From: a virus
Length of the DNA stretch: 64,000 nt
Strand: one strand, 5' to 3'
Virus record (IMG/VR): IMGVR_UViG_3300031707_000010
Location: 5,175 to 69,174 of that record
Shown here in pieces: positions 50,912 to 61,126 of the stretch. Every line of letters begins with the position of its first letter. Positions within the stretch are counted from its first letter, which is position 1. Under the pieces are notes generated by a model that made no database searches, was not told where the DNA came from, and saw only the letters and a list, made by a program, of their open reading frames with translations. The translations under genes and the position numbers were made by a program.

Positions 50912-52075
50912 TTACGCCGTAATCCGTACGCCGTAACGATAATCCCTATGGCCAACGCCGCCATAGTAATTGAACCGCGCCTTCCACACAATACGACGAC
51001 GGAAAGCATCATCATCAGACGCTGCAGCAGTAACTGTGCTAGGACGCTCAACCCAAAGCCACAGTAACGACCGCTTGAAATCTCCCATATACATAACATT
51101 GGTCGTATCTGAAACAAAAGGCGACACAACCGTAGCCAACGAAACACGACCACGTGGCCCAAACTGGTTGACATCGTTAAAAGCATTGCCAACACTGCGT
51201 TCAGTAGCAAACAGTGTAGCAATCGTCAATTCATCCGAAGAGTGAACAATAACCTGAGTCGGACGAACAACAATCTGCTTTCCACGTTCATCAACCATAG
51301 CCGCAAATGCCAACCACGCATTCGTAAGACCAGTAGCTGTAATCCCACCTGCGACTTCATTCTTATTAACCTGCATATCAAGAATGGTAGCATGTGTACT
51401 TGCATAGAACTGAGCCTGCGTATAAGCTGTGCCATTATAAACAAACGCCCTTGAAGTAGCTTCCTGGAAAGCAGTACGCGGAAGATTTTCAAGGGTTTCC
51501 ATAATCATCAGTTCCTGATGCTGTCCAGCATCTTCACCGATTGTACGCGCACGTGCCTGTATATCACCTGTCCGGTCATTGAAAATGTCTTCCATCGTAA
51601 GAGAAATGATACGACCAAAGTCACTCTTACGAATCGACACTTTCTTCTCACCGAAATCCGTTTCGTCGTAGGCTTCAGTTTCTAACCTACGCCGAATACC
51701 ACCAATTGCTGTCATTCCACGCACTGTCTCGTCGTCCGTCATTGTAGCATCGCCCTCTGTGCAGAGAGCCATGACTTCATTCATACGGACTTCATAAGGA
51801 GCAATAACGATAGAATGTGTAAGCATGGTTGTGATAGTAGGAAATGCTGACGAAGAAACTGCTTCAGCAACTTCCATAGCATTGCTAGAATCGATATTAT
51901 TCATATCGACCAAACCCTCAAAAAGTGCTTTGTAACTCACATTCTGAGGATCCAATGTCTTTTCAGCAACCATCTTTTTAAACGCCTCTGCCACCAGTCT
52001 GTTGGTCTTATTTACATCTCCACCACATTGCTGGGAGCAGGCTTCACGAAGTTCACGAATTGCACCGATTCTCAT
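50912..52075 (-). CDS. Major capsid protein (Mu gpT-like, HK97 fold)
   Basis: EAVSSSAFP, E.E.Y....GE, FGRIISLT.E.I.ND.TG.I..A..IG..A, V.PTQVIV; follows protease and cement genes. Confidence 0.88.
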   Translation of the reverse strand: MRIGAIRELREACSQQCGGDVNKTNRLVAEAFKKMVAEKTLDPQNVSYKALFEGLVDMNNIDSSNAMEVAEAVSSSAFPTITTMLTHSIVIAPYEVRMNEVMALCTEGDATMTDDETVRGMTAIGGIRRRLETEAYDETDFGEKKVSIRKSDFGRIISLTMEDIFNDRTGDIQARARTIGEDAGQHQELMIMETLENLPRTAFQEATSRAFVYNGTAYTQAQFYASTHATILDMQVNKNEVAGGITATGLTNAWLAFAAMVDERGKQIVVRPTQVIVHSSDELTIATLFATERSVGNAFNDVNQFGPRGRVSLATVVSPFVSDTTNVMYMGDFKRSLLWLWVERPSTVTAAASDDDAFRRRIVWKARFNYYGGVGHRDYRYGVRITA

Positions 52076-52104
52076 CTTTGTTCCTTTCTAATTTGTTCGC
52101 TCAA

Positions 52105-52599
52105 TTAGGATGCTGAAAGAGCATTAAAATGTGATTCACCATTAATATTAATCTTGCACTTCAAATCGGCATCATCTTCGTTTACCGCACACACAGCAAA
52201 ATCTCCACTAAGAGACAGATCTGGTTCATATGCAGAATCATATGCTGAATCTTCCTGGAAAGAATACTTTAAAGTCGTAGTGTTATACAAAGGAACCATT
52301 TTGCAACCAACCCACACGGTTCCAGTAACAGTTGCGAGGATAACTGCTTTCAAAGCAACAATAGCAGTAGTTTCACCAGACTTCTTTCCTGCCTGAGCGA
52401 TACCAATTAATGAAGCCTGAAGCGCGCCACCTGCGGTTGTATCAGCAGGAGCGTACTTCTTAACTTCGTTTGCCGTTGTATCCCAGTAAAGCAAATCTCC
52501 TTGGCCCCAAGTAGAACCAACGGCGGCCGGGAGAACTTTGTAAGACAGATTATCGTTCGCCCACTGGAGTACTTCAATGCCATTGAGTATGTGACTCAT
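52105..52599 (-). CDS. Capsid cement/decoration protein
   Basis: QGDLLY..., IGIA pattern; position between scaffold and capsid. Confidence 0.65.
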   Translation of the reverse strand: MSHILNGIEVLQWANDNLSYKVLPAAVGSTWGQGDLLYWDTTANEVKKYAPADTTAGGALQASLIGIAQAGKKSGETTAIVALKAVILATVTGTVWVGCKMVPLYNTTTLKYSFQEDSAYDSAYEPDLSLSGDFAVCAVNEDDADLKCKININGESHFNALSAS

Positions 52600-52633
52600 C
52601 TCTTTTTCTCCTTAAAGATTATTGAGGTTTTAC

Positions 52634-54061
52634 TTACTTTCTCTTGACCTGTTGCGCGACTTTCTTAAGAATCTCATCCATATCAACCTTCTTACCTTCT
52701 TCAACCTGTTCAGTGTGAACTGTCGTAGAGGGTTTTGCTTCAGCAACTAGCTTCTTCCGATCTTCCAAATATTCCTTAACCTTTACCATATCTTGTTCGG
52801 TCTCGAGAACAGTTCTAAAGATAGGAGTAATGTACTGAGCATCAATCGCACTTTCTTTGATTGCTGTTTCAATCTCTTCTTTGTGCTTTGCCACTTTTTC
52901 CTTCACTTCGTACTCGTCCAGCTTTTTCGCAAGCTCAGCTTTTTCAGCAACAACTTTAGCCGTATCTTCCTTGGCTTCGGTCAGCTGCTTGTCAAAGGAC
53001 TCCTTAACGGAAGCTTGGGCAAGGGCCACAGCTTCTTTCTGGAGTTCTGCGTAAGCCTGCGGGTCCTTGGCCATCAATTCCGCAAGTGTCATCTTTTGAC
53101 TCTCCTGTGTTGTTTGTGTGGATGGTTCTTCATACTTAATCGTTGGATCTTTCCATAAAGCTAAAGATTGTATAACTGACAAGCTCTTATCAAAAGCTTC
53201 TTTTATAGCTGCTAATCGCATCTCAGGCGTTATACCTTCTTCCGCATCATAATAAACATTCCACCAGCAATCATTGAGGTAATTCCCAAGAGAATTAACA
53301 ACCGCTTGTATCTGAGCATATGCTTCTTGTTCCTTTAAACCAGACGTAAAAGATCTTACAGACTCCATTAGAAGTTCAAATTTATCTTTTTGAGCCTCAA
53401 TCTGTTCCTTAGTAGATTTCTTGAGAGGAAGATTAACTTTTTTAGATTCTTTAGCTTTTAAGATTCTTTCTTTTAAATCACTAGCAGCAACCGCCACTCC
53501 GCCCGCTGACGGCCAAAGAACGTAATCTGCAGAATCAAACCAAGCTATCGAATCTATTTTATTTCCTTTTCCGCCATCTCCCTCCCAATCTTCCGTAATA
53601 TAAACAGCCATAGACACTGAAACTCCCACCATTTCAGGGTCTTCTTGAATCATGCTAAAAATCCATCCAGTGTCAACTTTTTCTTTAGGAAACTTAACTA
53701 TTGCATAAACACCCTGCGTAGCTTCATCGTACCAGGTTAATTTTGTATAAGATACTAATTCTTCCCATCCTCTATTCAATGCAGTTTTATCGTCTTCTTC
53801 AAGATGATTCGCAAATTGAATAGGTCCTTGTTTTTCAACAAGAGACACCATCTCTTTTAAAAGATTGGTGTCATAATAGTTCTTATTGATAGACCAACCC
53901 GCTTTAATAATGCGGATTGCTGCCATACCTGGTAACGCAAGAAGTTCTTGAGCTTTAGTAGGGAGTACTACGGTTTCAGTACCACCGGACAACTTTCCCT
54001 CTTTATCTACCATAACAGCAGATAAAGGTCCAATATCTTCTCTTATTCTTATTGGATTCAT
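52634..54061 (-). CDS. Prohead protease-scaffold fusion
   Basis: IIKAGWS.N.NYY, FANH, GVSV, SADYV..PSAGG protease core, then acidic coiled-coil scaffold (possible internal start MTLAEL after CAGGAG). Confidence 0.85.
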   Translation of the reverse strand: MNPIRIREDIGPLSAVMVDKEGKLSGGTETVVLPTKAQELLALPGMAAIRIIKAGWSINKNYYDTNLLKEMVSLVEKQGPIQFANHLEEDDKTALNRGWEELVSYTKLTWYDEATQGVYAIVKFPKEKVDTGWIFSMIQEDPEMVGVSVSMAVYITEDWEGDGGKGNKIDSIAWFDSADYVLWPSAGGVAVAASDLKERILKAKESKKVNLPLKKSTKEQIEAQKDKFELLMESVRSFTSGLKEQEAYAQIQAVVNSLGNYLNDCWWNVYYDAEEGITPEMRLAAIKEAFDKSLSVIQSLALWKDPTIKYEEPSTQTTQESQKMTLAELMAKDPQAYAELQKEAVALAQASVKESFDKQLTEAKEDTAKVVAEKAELAKKLDEYEVKEKVAKHKEEIETAIKESAIDAQYITPIFRTVLETEQDMVKVKEYLEDRKKLVAEAKPSTTVHTEQVEEGKKVDMDEILKKVAQQVKRK

Positions 54062-54083
54062 CTTTACTCCACGTTGTATTCTA

Positions 54084-54112
54084 AATATAATTGGTTGACT
54101 CTATTTTGTCAA
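54084..54112 (-). promoter_or_regulatory. sigma70-like promoter for head genes
   Basis: TTGACA-17 nt-TATATT. Confidence 0.7.
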
Positions 54113-54123
54113 GAAACAGATTT

Positions 54124-56025
54124 TTAGTCCTGATTATTTGTACCACTTCCATCATCTACTGACTTCCCGCTGTCTAGACCATCACCAGCAGAATCCATTC
54201 CTGTGGTTGCATTTGAACTACCCTCTTGACCTTTGTTTTCTGCAGAAGCCCAAATGCCCAAAGAAACTTCTTCAAGCATCCGCATAAGTTCTTGTGCCCA
54301 AACATACCCACGTTTTTCCGCCAATGTTCTACTTGACACCATACCTATTTTACGCTCAATAAATGCAGTTTTGGCGTTTTCAAGTGGATTTGGTTTAACC
54401 GCATCTGCAATAATCGTTTCAATTGGAATATCAATTGTAGGTATTTCTTCTTCCTCTAAAGCATCTTCATACTCACCTCCAAGTTGAGTAAGCATTGCTT
54501 CAGTCACTGCCTGCTTAGACTGAAGTATTCTATATACTTTTTGCATACTTCTATAGAATTTTTCTTCTTTCTCTTTTGCTACTTTTTTAATAGTAACTTT
54601 TTCTGGAAGAACACCAGCTTGAATATATCTTGATAATGCAAACTTCCATGTTTTCCGTAAGAAAGCAATATACTCTGCGGCATACTCTAAAATCATTTGA
54701 TTGAAAGGAGAATCTGTATTTTTAATAGCTGAATAATTCTGTTGATCTGCTCGCATTCCTAAAATATAAATCGGTATATTTAAACCTGCAGACATAGAAT
54801 ATAAGAACAACAAGCCGTCAACATCAGCATCTGCAGCATTTAATGAAGCAGTAACCATTTCATACTTCTCATTAGGTCCAAGTGTAAGTTGAACCCCACC
54901 TTTAGGAGATGCACTTTTCTTTATATCAGTAGAAGTAGTTTTTCTATTAATTGCGGTTCTATCATGTTTAATATAAAGAACCTTACTTCTTTCATAATTT
55001 AATACTGCCCTGCTAATTTTAAAGTCTTCATAAAGTCTAAAGTCTCTTAATGCAGGTTCGAGAGGAACTCTACCGCGTAGTTCTCTCTTGTCGCCATGCT
55101 GAAACCAGCATATTACTTTCTCTTCCGTAAGAGATGAGTCATTGACTGCTTTACTGCCATCAAAAGCTATTAAGTTGCCCCTACTGTTAAATTGTTGGAA
55201 ATATTCGATATCTGCAATCCATTCATCGACGATATTAAACTTTGATGTATCTTGAATAATAACCTGACGTAAATAAGCATACTTCTTTCCAGGATCTTCT
55301 GAATGAACTTCAAATCCCCTAATTTCTTCAGAAAATACTTTATGCACACTGAATTGAACTTTAGACTTTAAAGGATCTGTCCAGTTTCGTCTAATTCTAG
55401 ATTTAACTACAAGTCCACCTTCTCCATCCTTAAACGTAGTTCTAACAAAATCATTAAACATCTCACTAATATTTGTTTGACGCATAAAATCTTCTAAAGC
55501 ATCTTCAACATCCATATTTTGAATCATAAGACGAATGCCATTACCACAAATGTATCTAGTATAATTATCTATTGCATTTCTACAATAAGGATCAGTACCC
55601 CACCTAGAATTAACAATTAACTGAATAATCCTTAATTCACCTTCTGATTGGCGTTTCTTTAATACTGTACCACCTTGCGTTGTTCCATACGTAGTGGCAT
55701 CATTACCAGAAAAACTTTCATACGTTCTTTTTAATTCTAAGTTTTCTGTTACTACGCCTTTATTTTTATACCCATAAATATATTTCTGGTCAAAGGTTAC
55801 GTTTGAAGGAGTGCTTATTCCTTCATACACAGAATAGTGAGGATCTATAAAACGCCCAACAAATTCTGAACCAAACTCTTGTTTAAACTCTTCTTTAGTC
55901 ATTCTTCGTTCTTCTACTGCTGCAGATGCAATAAGATGGTCAACTTCATCCATAATTTCTGGATGAATTTTTACAACTTCTTTTAAAGTCGTTGAACCAT
56001 TCTTTTTAATCGGTAAATTAATCAT
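54124..56025 (-). CDS. Portal protein
   Basis: 633 aa between terminase and protease; DP..RNAID....ICGNG, KDGE, RG.VPL.P.L, G.NIP.Y.LG, NYS, GMVSSRT. Confidence 0.85.
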   Translation of the reverse strand: MINLPIKKNGSTTLKEVVKIHPEIMDEVDHLIASAAVEERRMTKEEFKQEFGSEFVGRFIDPHYSVYEGISTPSNVTFDQKYIYGYKNKGVVTENLELKRTYESFSGNDATTYGTTQGGTVLKKRQSEGELRIIQLIVNSRWGTDPYCRNAIDNYTRYICGNGIRLMIQNMDVEDALEDFMRQTNISEMFNDFVRTTFKDGEGGLVVKSRIRRNWTDPLKSKVQFSVHKVFSEEIRGFEVHSEDPGKKYAYLRQVIIQDTSKFNIVDEWIADIEYFQQFNSRGNLIAFDGSKAVNDSSLTEEKVICWFQHGDKRELRGRVPLEPALRDFRLYEDFKISRAVLNYERSKVLYIKHDRTAINRKTTSTDIKKSASPKGGVQLTLGPNEKYEMVTASLNAADADVDGLLFLYSMSAGLNIPIYILGMRADQQNYSAIKNTDSPFNQMILEYAAEYIAFLRKTWKFALSRYIQAGVLPEKVTIKKVAKEKEEKFYRSMQKVYRILQSKQAVTEAMLTQLGGEYEDALEEEEIPTIDIPIETIIADAVKPNPLENAKTAFIERKIGMVSSRTLAEKRGYVWAQELMRMLEEVSLGIWASAENKGQEGSSNATTGMDSAGDGLDSGKSVDDGSGTNNQD

Positions 56026-57053
56026 GCTGGCCCCACTGAATAATTAGAAAACTTTGCGAGTGAATCATGGTCGTATGTATATTGACTTCTCCAACCTTCT
56101 CTTTCATATTTATCATCTTGTACTTCTACAGGAAGTTCTTTTTCTTCCATATCAGGCTGTTCATTATTAGCAGCATTGAATGCTGCACCTGCTATTGATT
56201 GAGCTAAGTCGTCAGAGGTATGTGGAGATTTAACAACTTTATCTTTATCTGATAAATATTCCAAACCCCGAGTCTCTTTCTCCCAATCTTCATGAGGACA
56301 TACTTGTATTCTAGTTTCTTGAACAGCATACCGTAAACACTCCATTGCCGCATTATATTGCTTATCTGTACTTACTTTTTCATAATTTTCATCTTTCTCG
56401 TAATTAACGACCAATTTAAAAGCTGTTCTATCTATAGACATATGTCCAACATTAAATCCCTTTTCTCTAAGGGTTTGTACTGTCTGCATTGATTCAAATC
56501 TATCAAATGTGATAAGATGAATATAAAAGTTCCTTTGATAGGATAAATCAAATATGATGTCTTGAGCTGTAGAAATTAAGAGTTCCGAGCGATTTTCAGC
56601 GAGGATACGACCAACAAAGTCAAATTTGATAAAGGGCTGTATAACTTCAATTTCTTCGTGTATTCCTTTTTCTTTATTCTCAATTACTCGCTTAACATTA
56701 ACCCAACGAGGAATGTGGCACATCGAAATACCAATACCATCTTTCTTAACCGCCAAGTCAACGTGCATATATCTAAAGAAATCATCGTTACAATAAAAAT
56801 CAGAATCAAATTCTCGAGTTACAGAATTAAAAGGATTGTAAGGACCTACCGCAGTATCGAGTTTATCATAGTCCGTAAAGAAAGGCGAAATGGCATTGGT
56901 AGGAATACAAGCATAATCACGTAAAGCACCTAGCGGGTTAACGATGAAGGCATTAATCAACTCAATCGGTATGTTGACTATCTCTTCATCAAAAAGAACC
57001 CCAGAAAAGTCCTTCTTTAAAGCTAACTTTATCTTAGGCTTTATGTCTAACAT
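56022..57053 (-). CDS. Terminase large subunit, nuclease (RNase H-like) part
   Basis: ALRDYACIP..AISPFF, YMHVDLAVKKD..GISMCH, ITFDRFES, SIDR, SDDLAQSIAGA. Confidence 0.8.
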   Translation of the reverse strand: MLDIKPKIKLALKKDFSGVLFDEEIVNIPIELINAFIVNPLGALRDYACIPTNAISPFFTDYDKLDTAVGPYNPFNSVTREFDSDFYCNDDFFRYMHVDLAVKKDGIGISMCHIPRWVNVKRVIENKEKGIHEEIEVIQPFIKFDFVGRILAENRSELLISTAQDIIFDLSYQRNFYIHLITFDRFESMQTVQTLREKGFNVGHMSIDRTAFKLVVNYEKDENYEKVSTDKQYNAAMECLRYAVQETRIQVCPHEDWEKETRGLEYLSDKDKVVKSPHTSDDLAQSIAGAAFNAANNEQPDMEEKELPVEVQDDKYEREGWRSQYTYDHDSLAKFSNYSVGPA

Positions 57054-57309
57054 TAACTGCCTGTCCTGTGAATTCCCTTGTTCTCTTTAACTTTTTACCT
57101 TTCCCCTTACACGCCTCCTGAGCGTCAAGAAGAGCAAGAGCCCTAGCTTTTTGAGCAGGGCTCAACTGATTGCTATTTTCAATATCTTCCCTATTCTGAG
57201 CTATCATCTCGTCTTTCATCTTCATCTCCTGCTGATACAGTTTCCGATTCTTTGAGGATATTTTGGGCGATCGTTCTCTGTCTATCCAGGCGTACTGCCT
57301 CGGCCTCAT
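57034..57309 (-). CDS. Small basic hypothetical protein between the terminase halves
   Basis: 91-aa ORF overlapping both terminase genes in a third frame. Confidence 0.45.
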   Translation of the reverse strand: MRPRQYAWIDRERSPKISSKNRKLYQQEMKMKDEMIAQNREDIENSNQLSPAQKARALALLDAQEACKGKGKKLKRTREFTGQAVNVRHKA

Positions 57310-58303
57310 TTTTCAATCTCTGTAATGTTTCTTCGTCGGCTTCAATTTTCTTCGTCTTCGTATTAAAAGGTACTGTAATTCCAGAAAAATACCACTTCGG
57401 CTTAGCTTCCCACAAAGACCGTCTTCTGACGAAAATGTGTGATTTCTCACCCAGTTTGAAATGCTCGCGTGCCTTTTTCTCCAGAAAGTCATCAGGATAC
57501 CTCGAAGATGAAATCATAAACAACATACCATCCAAATGTCCCGTAATAGGATTTAAAAATCGGGACATCATACGTCCATTTATCGCATCGTGCATTTCCT
57601 TTGCAGCATCATAAGTCTCTGTCGCACTTGCGTTTCTTTTACTGCCTTCAACAGTCTCTAAGAAATTCGCCTCATCTACACCACCTCCGAATATGTTATA
57701 GCCTAAAGCAGACGCTGCATTACTAGTACCAGCAAATATGAGAGTATTATTACGTGGAATCCAAATCTCCTGTCCTCTACGTTTAGATGGAGGGAAGTAG
57801 TCCAAGTTAAATGGAGTTCTAAACTTAGGAAAAACCTTCTGTAGTGTAACTCTTTTTGCCTGTGTTTCTGACCGATTCATGGCGACAAACGCTATGATTT
57901 CATCTTTCATCAAACCATAATATTTGTGTGGATTGTATCTGCATATCAAACGAATCCATTCCAACCATGTCATAACAGAATACAGAGTGGTTTTTCCGCT
58001 CCCTATACCTTCTATCAGTATGACAAGATTAATTGGTCTCCTTTTATTCTCTTCATAGATAGCTAGTATATCTTCCCTATGTGCATCATACAATACGTTC
58101 TCCTCAGTCGCCATATCACTCCGAGGACGGCGTAAACCAAGAAAATAATCATCGTGAAGTAGTCGTGATAAGTCATTATCAAAGTAGTCACGAAGCTCAG
58201 CGGCTACTTCTGGTGTCCAATCTCTTAATGCTCCTTCACGGTCGTCATTAAGAGTTTCAAGACCCCACTTACTAATCGCTTGGCTTATCTTTGGACTTAT
58301 CAC
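57191..58303 (-). CDS. Terminase large subunit, ATPase part
   Basis: Walker A GIGSGKT, ALGYNIFGGGVDEANF (Walker B), SRF, MISS coupling motif. Confidence 0.85.
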   Translation of the reverse strand: MISPKISQAISKWGLETLNDDREGALRDWTPEVAAELRDYFDNDLSRLLHDDYFLGLRRPRSDMATEENVLYDAHREDILAIYEENKRRPINLVILIEGIGSGKTTLYSVMTWLEWIRLICRYNPHKYYGLMKDEIIAFVAMNRSETQAKRVTLQKVFPKFRTPFNLDYFPPSKRRGQEIWIPRNNTLIFAGTSNAASALGYNIFGGGVDEANFLETVEGSKRNASATETYDAAKEMHDAINGRMMSRFLNPITGHLDGMLFMISSSRYPDDFLEKKAREHFKLGEKSHIFVRRRSLWEAKPKWYFSGITVPFNTKTKKIEADEETLQRLKNEAEAVRLDRQRTIAQNILKESETVSAGDEDERRDDSSE

Positions 58304-59312
58304 GAGTTAATAGCCTATGAGTTTTCTTATAATTAGGGACAGGCTTTTGTACGGTAGCCCTACCCATGATGGGTTTGTCGTACCCAGTTACTTCTGGGAT
58401 TTCCGACCAGTCAGTACCTTGCTCAACATAACTTCCAGCTTTTTGGAGAGCTCTGACAACATCTTCCTGTTTCCTATGTGAAGGTATTTCCTGGTTGCCT
58501 GAATCAATCCTAGGTACGAGAATAGACCCAATATCTTTAGCTCTTTCAGCAATTCTCCTGCGCACATCGTCGTTCTCATTTTTAGTTACTGCATCCATAA
58601 CCTGTAAGATAATACCGATAACTTGTTCAGGTGGAATCCAATTTAAAGCTTCGGTTTTTACTTTTAAAGCCTTAACCTTTGCCATAACCTCACTAATGTA
58701 AGCAAGGTCAGCGGTATGTTCCCGTAAAGGAATACCTCCATTCGCCTCAACCTTCTGCATTATAGCCTGGCGTGCAATCTCAAGATACGTCAAATCACCA
58801 TCCATCGTCTTTACCGATATATCAGATATCTTCTCAGCTCGTATTACCAAGTCTTTCAAAGATGGTACATTCCCATGCACCAGCTTCAATTGAATCCACA
58901 AATCTCTTTTCTCATCCATTAGTAAAAGTCCTTCATGTGCTGCGCAATAACCAAATCCATGATGTTTAGTACCCTGTCCAGCAAGTCTCTCACACATAAC
59001 ACCAGCAGGCATCCCCTTTATAGGATACCCACATACTCTTTTGCCCGAATTGTAGAACTCAATATACTTTCCAATAATCTTAACTGATAACTTCTTAGGC
59101 CCGTATTTAATTCCCTCTTTTTTCTTACTTACCTTATCTAACTTTCTCAAATTACAATAATGCGTACAAGCTCTTTTAAGAAACCATCCCCTCTGTCCAT
59201 ATCTTTCTAACACATCCGAACAGTGTAATATATGCTCATACTCGTACCATGACATATAACGAATACACTTACAAGCACTATCGAAGTCTTCTATCACCTT
59301 CCAATAAATCAC
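58272..59312 (-). CDS. Putative terminase small subunit
   Basis: CG...C...AG.GT.H.G.G.C..H zinc motif then helical domain; directly upstream of large terminase; start uncertain. Confidence 0.6.
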   Translation of the reverse strand: MIYWKVIEDFDSACKCIRYMSWYEYEHILHCSDVLERYGQRGWFLKRACTHYCNLRKLDKVSKKKEGIKYGPKKLSVKIIGKYIEFYNSGKRVCGYPIKGMPAGVMCERLAGQGTKHHGFGYCAAHEGLLLMDEKRDLWIQLKLVHGNVPSLKDLVIRAEKISDISVKTMDGDLTYLEIARQAIMQKVEANGGIPLREHTADLAYISEVMAKVKALKVKTEALNWIPPEQVIGIILQVMDAVTKNENDDVRRRIAERAKDIGSILVPRIDSGNQEIPSHRKQEDVVRALQKAGSYVEQGTDWSEIPEVTGYDKPIMGRATVQKPVPNYKKTHRLLTRDKSKDKPSD

Positions 59313-59408
59313 GGGCCCTCTTCATTTCCTCATCCCAGGATTTACCATTAACAGACACAAACTCCCCACACCAACAAATGAATTCTTTTCGGGGAGCTTT
59401 CCGTATCT

Positions 59409-59858
59409 TTAACTTAATGTCCAGGACTTTTTGATTATTTGTAGGAGTGTCAGGCAATCGCCTAATGCCCTATGCTGTTCGACTTGTTTAACCCCATAAT
59501 ACTTAGCAACCGTTTCTAAGTTGTACTTCAATTCCGGATACTGCCTTTTAAACTCATACATCACATCCATGAACCTACTAAAACAGCACTTTAAAGCACT
59601 TTCTTCAAACTTCAAATTGAAGCCTATAACACAGTCACTTCCAATAAAGTTCTTCAATATAATCCCAGCTTCTTTTTCAGTATATTTTCCAACTGGCACT
59701 TCAATCTTTGAGATGTGATTCTCTGGCCATATTATATTAGTTCGTACTTCCATCTCTTCTAATACATTAAATCTAGAGTCAATCCTAACAGCAGCAACTT
59801 CTAGTAACAACTTATTCACAAGACCTAATGTTTCTATGTCTATAATGCAGTAGTTCAT
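59409..59858 (-). CDS. DEDDh 3'-5' exonuclease (DnaQ-like)
   Basis: IDIETLG, IGFN..F, Y.LE.VA..YG, HRALGDC. Confidence 0.88.
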   Translation of the reverse strand: MNYCIIDIETLGLVNKLLLEVAAVRIDSRFNVLEEMEVRTNIIWPENHISKIEVPVGKYTEKEAGIILKNFIGSDCVIGFNLKFEESALKCCFSRFMDVMYEFKRQYPELKYNLETVAKYYGVKQVEQHRALGDCLTLLQIIKKSWTLS

Positions 59859-60091
59859 TTTGATTCCCAGAACTTACCTTCTACTCTACAAGACCTCGGT
59901 TGTATTAAATACCTTGCATCATCGGTATATTGCTTAAGTCGCATACATTTATCTTCTCTTCTACGTTCGCCTTTAACAAACCATCTGCAATCTTCGCATT
60001 TGGGCATTGAAAGGTTTTTTATGATAACATAGATGAAAAACGCGGCTATCATTAAAATCATGGCTACTGCAACTTGTACCCAGAGTTCCAT
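59855..60091 (-). CDS. Small membrane protein with Cys cluster
   Basis: N-terminal TM, CEDC..C..C; RBS AAGGAG. Confidence 0.65.
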   Translation of the reverse strand: MELWVQVAVAMILMIAAFFIYVIIKNLSMPKCEDCRWFVKGERRREDKCMRLKQYTDDARYLIQPRSCRVEGKFWESK

Positions 60092-60117
60092 AGTGGCTCT
60101 CCTTTGTGATACACCTT

Positions 60118-60146
60118 AATATAACAAAAGAAGTCTCTTTTGTCAA
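60118..60146 (-). promoter_or_regulatory. sigma70-like promoter
   Basis: TTGACA-17 nt-TATATT with TG extension. Confidence 0.75.
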
Positions 60147-60416
60147 GATAATTCATGGGTGATTCATCTTTGAAGGATTTAGAGTGGAAAAAGTTGAGGT
60201 TGACACTCTAAAATTTTTTGATACATGAAAGATGCAGAGTGTTCTTTAAGTTTTGACGATTCAGAGTGGATATTATTCTGGCGGATTCTGCGGTTGAGAA
60301 AGTGGAGTCACGCAAAATATTTTTATAAAAAAATTCAATGACAAAAATGTCGTATGATAAAACATAAAACGACAAAAATGTCATACGTTAACTTTAACGC
60401 TAACTTAAAACAAAAT

Positions 60417-60448
60417 AAAAAAAGGGAGCGTTCCAAGCTCCCTTTTTT
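60417..60448. terminator. Bidirectional rho-independent terminator
   Basis: AAAAAAAGGGAGC-loop-GCTCCCTTTTTT. Confidence 0.8.
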
Positions 60449-60470
60449 AGTTACTTTATTATTAACTTTA

Positions 60471-61052
60471 TTACTTTCCTTCTCCATTATGACGTCTTTT
60501 TAGTTCGCTTTTGAATCCGTTGACGTCTTTAACTCCCTCTAATGGCTTTTCGCTCAAAATGTAAGTATTATTATAATACAACATATTGCCATCTGACAAA
60601 ATTTTGTCGCTTGTGGCTCTCAATTCTTTAGTACAAAATTTATACAATACTTGTGCATGGTCTTTTTCTTTTCCGCATAAAATCCAGTATTTTGTAGGGC
60701 TGTCGCTTGCATCAAATGCCGGAAAAGAAAAACCATTTTTTATCATTCTTTCTAACACTATCGGGATATGTACGGATTGCGTTTTTCTTTCTGTCAATTC
60801 TTGAATAGCAGAAAGTAAAAACATTTCTCTCATGGTTGTTTCAAAAGGGATTGCATCAACTTTGGCGTTTTCAACTTTGACGTTTTCAACTTTGTTATCT
60901 TGCGGAATGTCCGTCTTTTCATCTACTTTCGTATGTTTCAATACATTCAAAACGTCTTTAGATACACTAACGTCTTTTCCGGCATCATTCATAAATGCGG
61001 ATTTTGCATCTTTTGCATCTTTTGCGGAATTGCTATCTTTTGACGTTTTCAT
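60471..61052 (-). CDS. Hypothetical protein
   Basis: 193 aa, low-complexity N-terminus (KDAKDAK), followed by terminator. Confidence 0.7.
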   Translation of the reverse strand: MKTSKDSNSAKDAKDAKSAFMNDAGKDVSVSKDVLNVLKHTKVDEKTDIPQDNKVENVKVENAKVDAIPFETTMREMFLLSAIQELTERKTQSVHIPIVLERMIKNGFSFPAFDASDSPTKYWILCGKEKDHAQVLYKFCTKELRATSDKILSDGNMLYYNNTYILSEKPLEGVKDVNGFKSELKRRHNGEGK

Positions 61053-61126
61053 GATTTTTGCCCTTTTTGTTGTTTTTGTTGTTTTTTACTTACCTTTTGG
61101 CATTTTGCACAAAAGGTATATATAAA

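Noticed and set aside
50848-51492. Alternative-frame ORFs overlapping the major capsid 3' end (capsid frameshift extension)
   Set aside because: No slippery sequence seen and a terminator follows the capsid stop
57054-57190. Group I intron or intein in terminase
   Set aside because: Gap is only ~137 nt, with no recognisable intron core, homing endonuclease or intein motifs
57191-57193. Stop-codon reassignment explaining the split terminase
   Set aside because: Reading through TAG meets TGA three codons later; TAA, TAG and TGA all end normal full-length genes here
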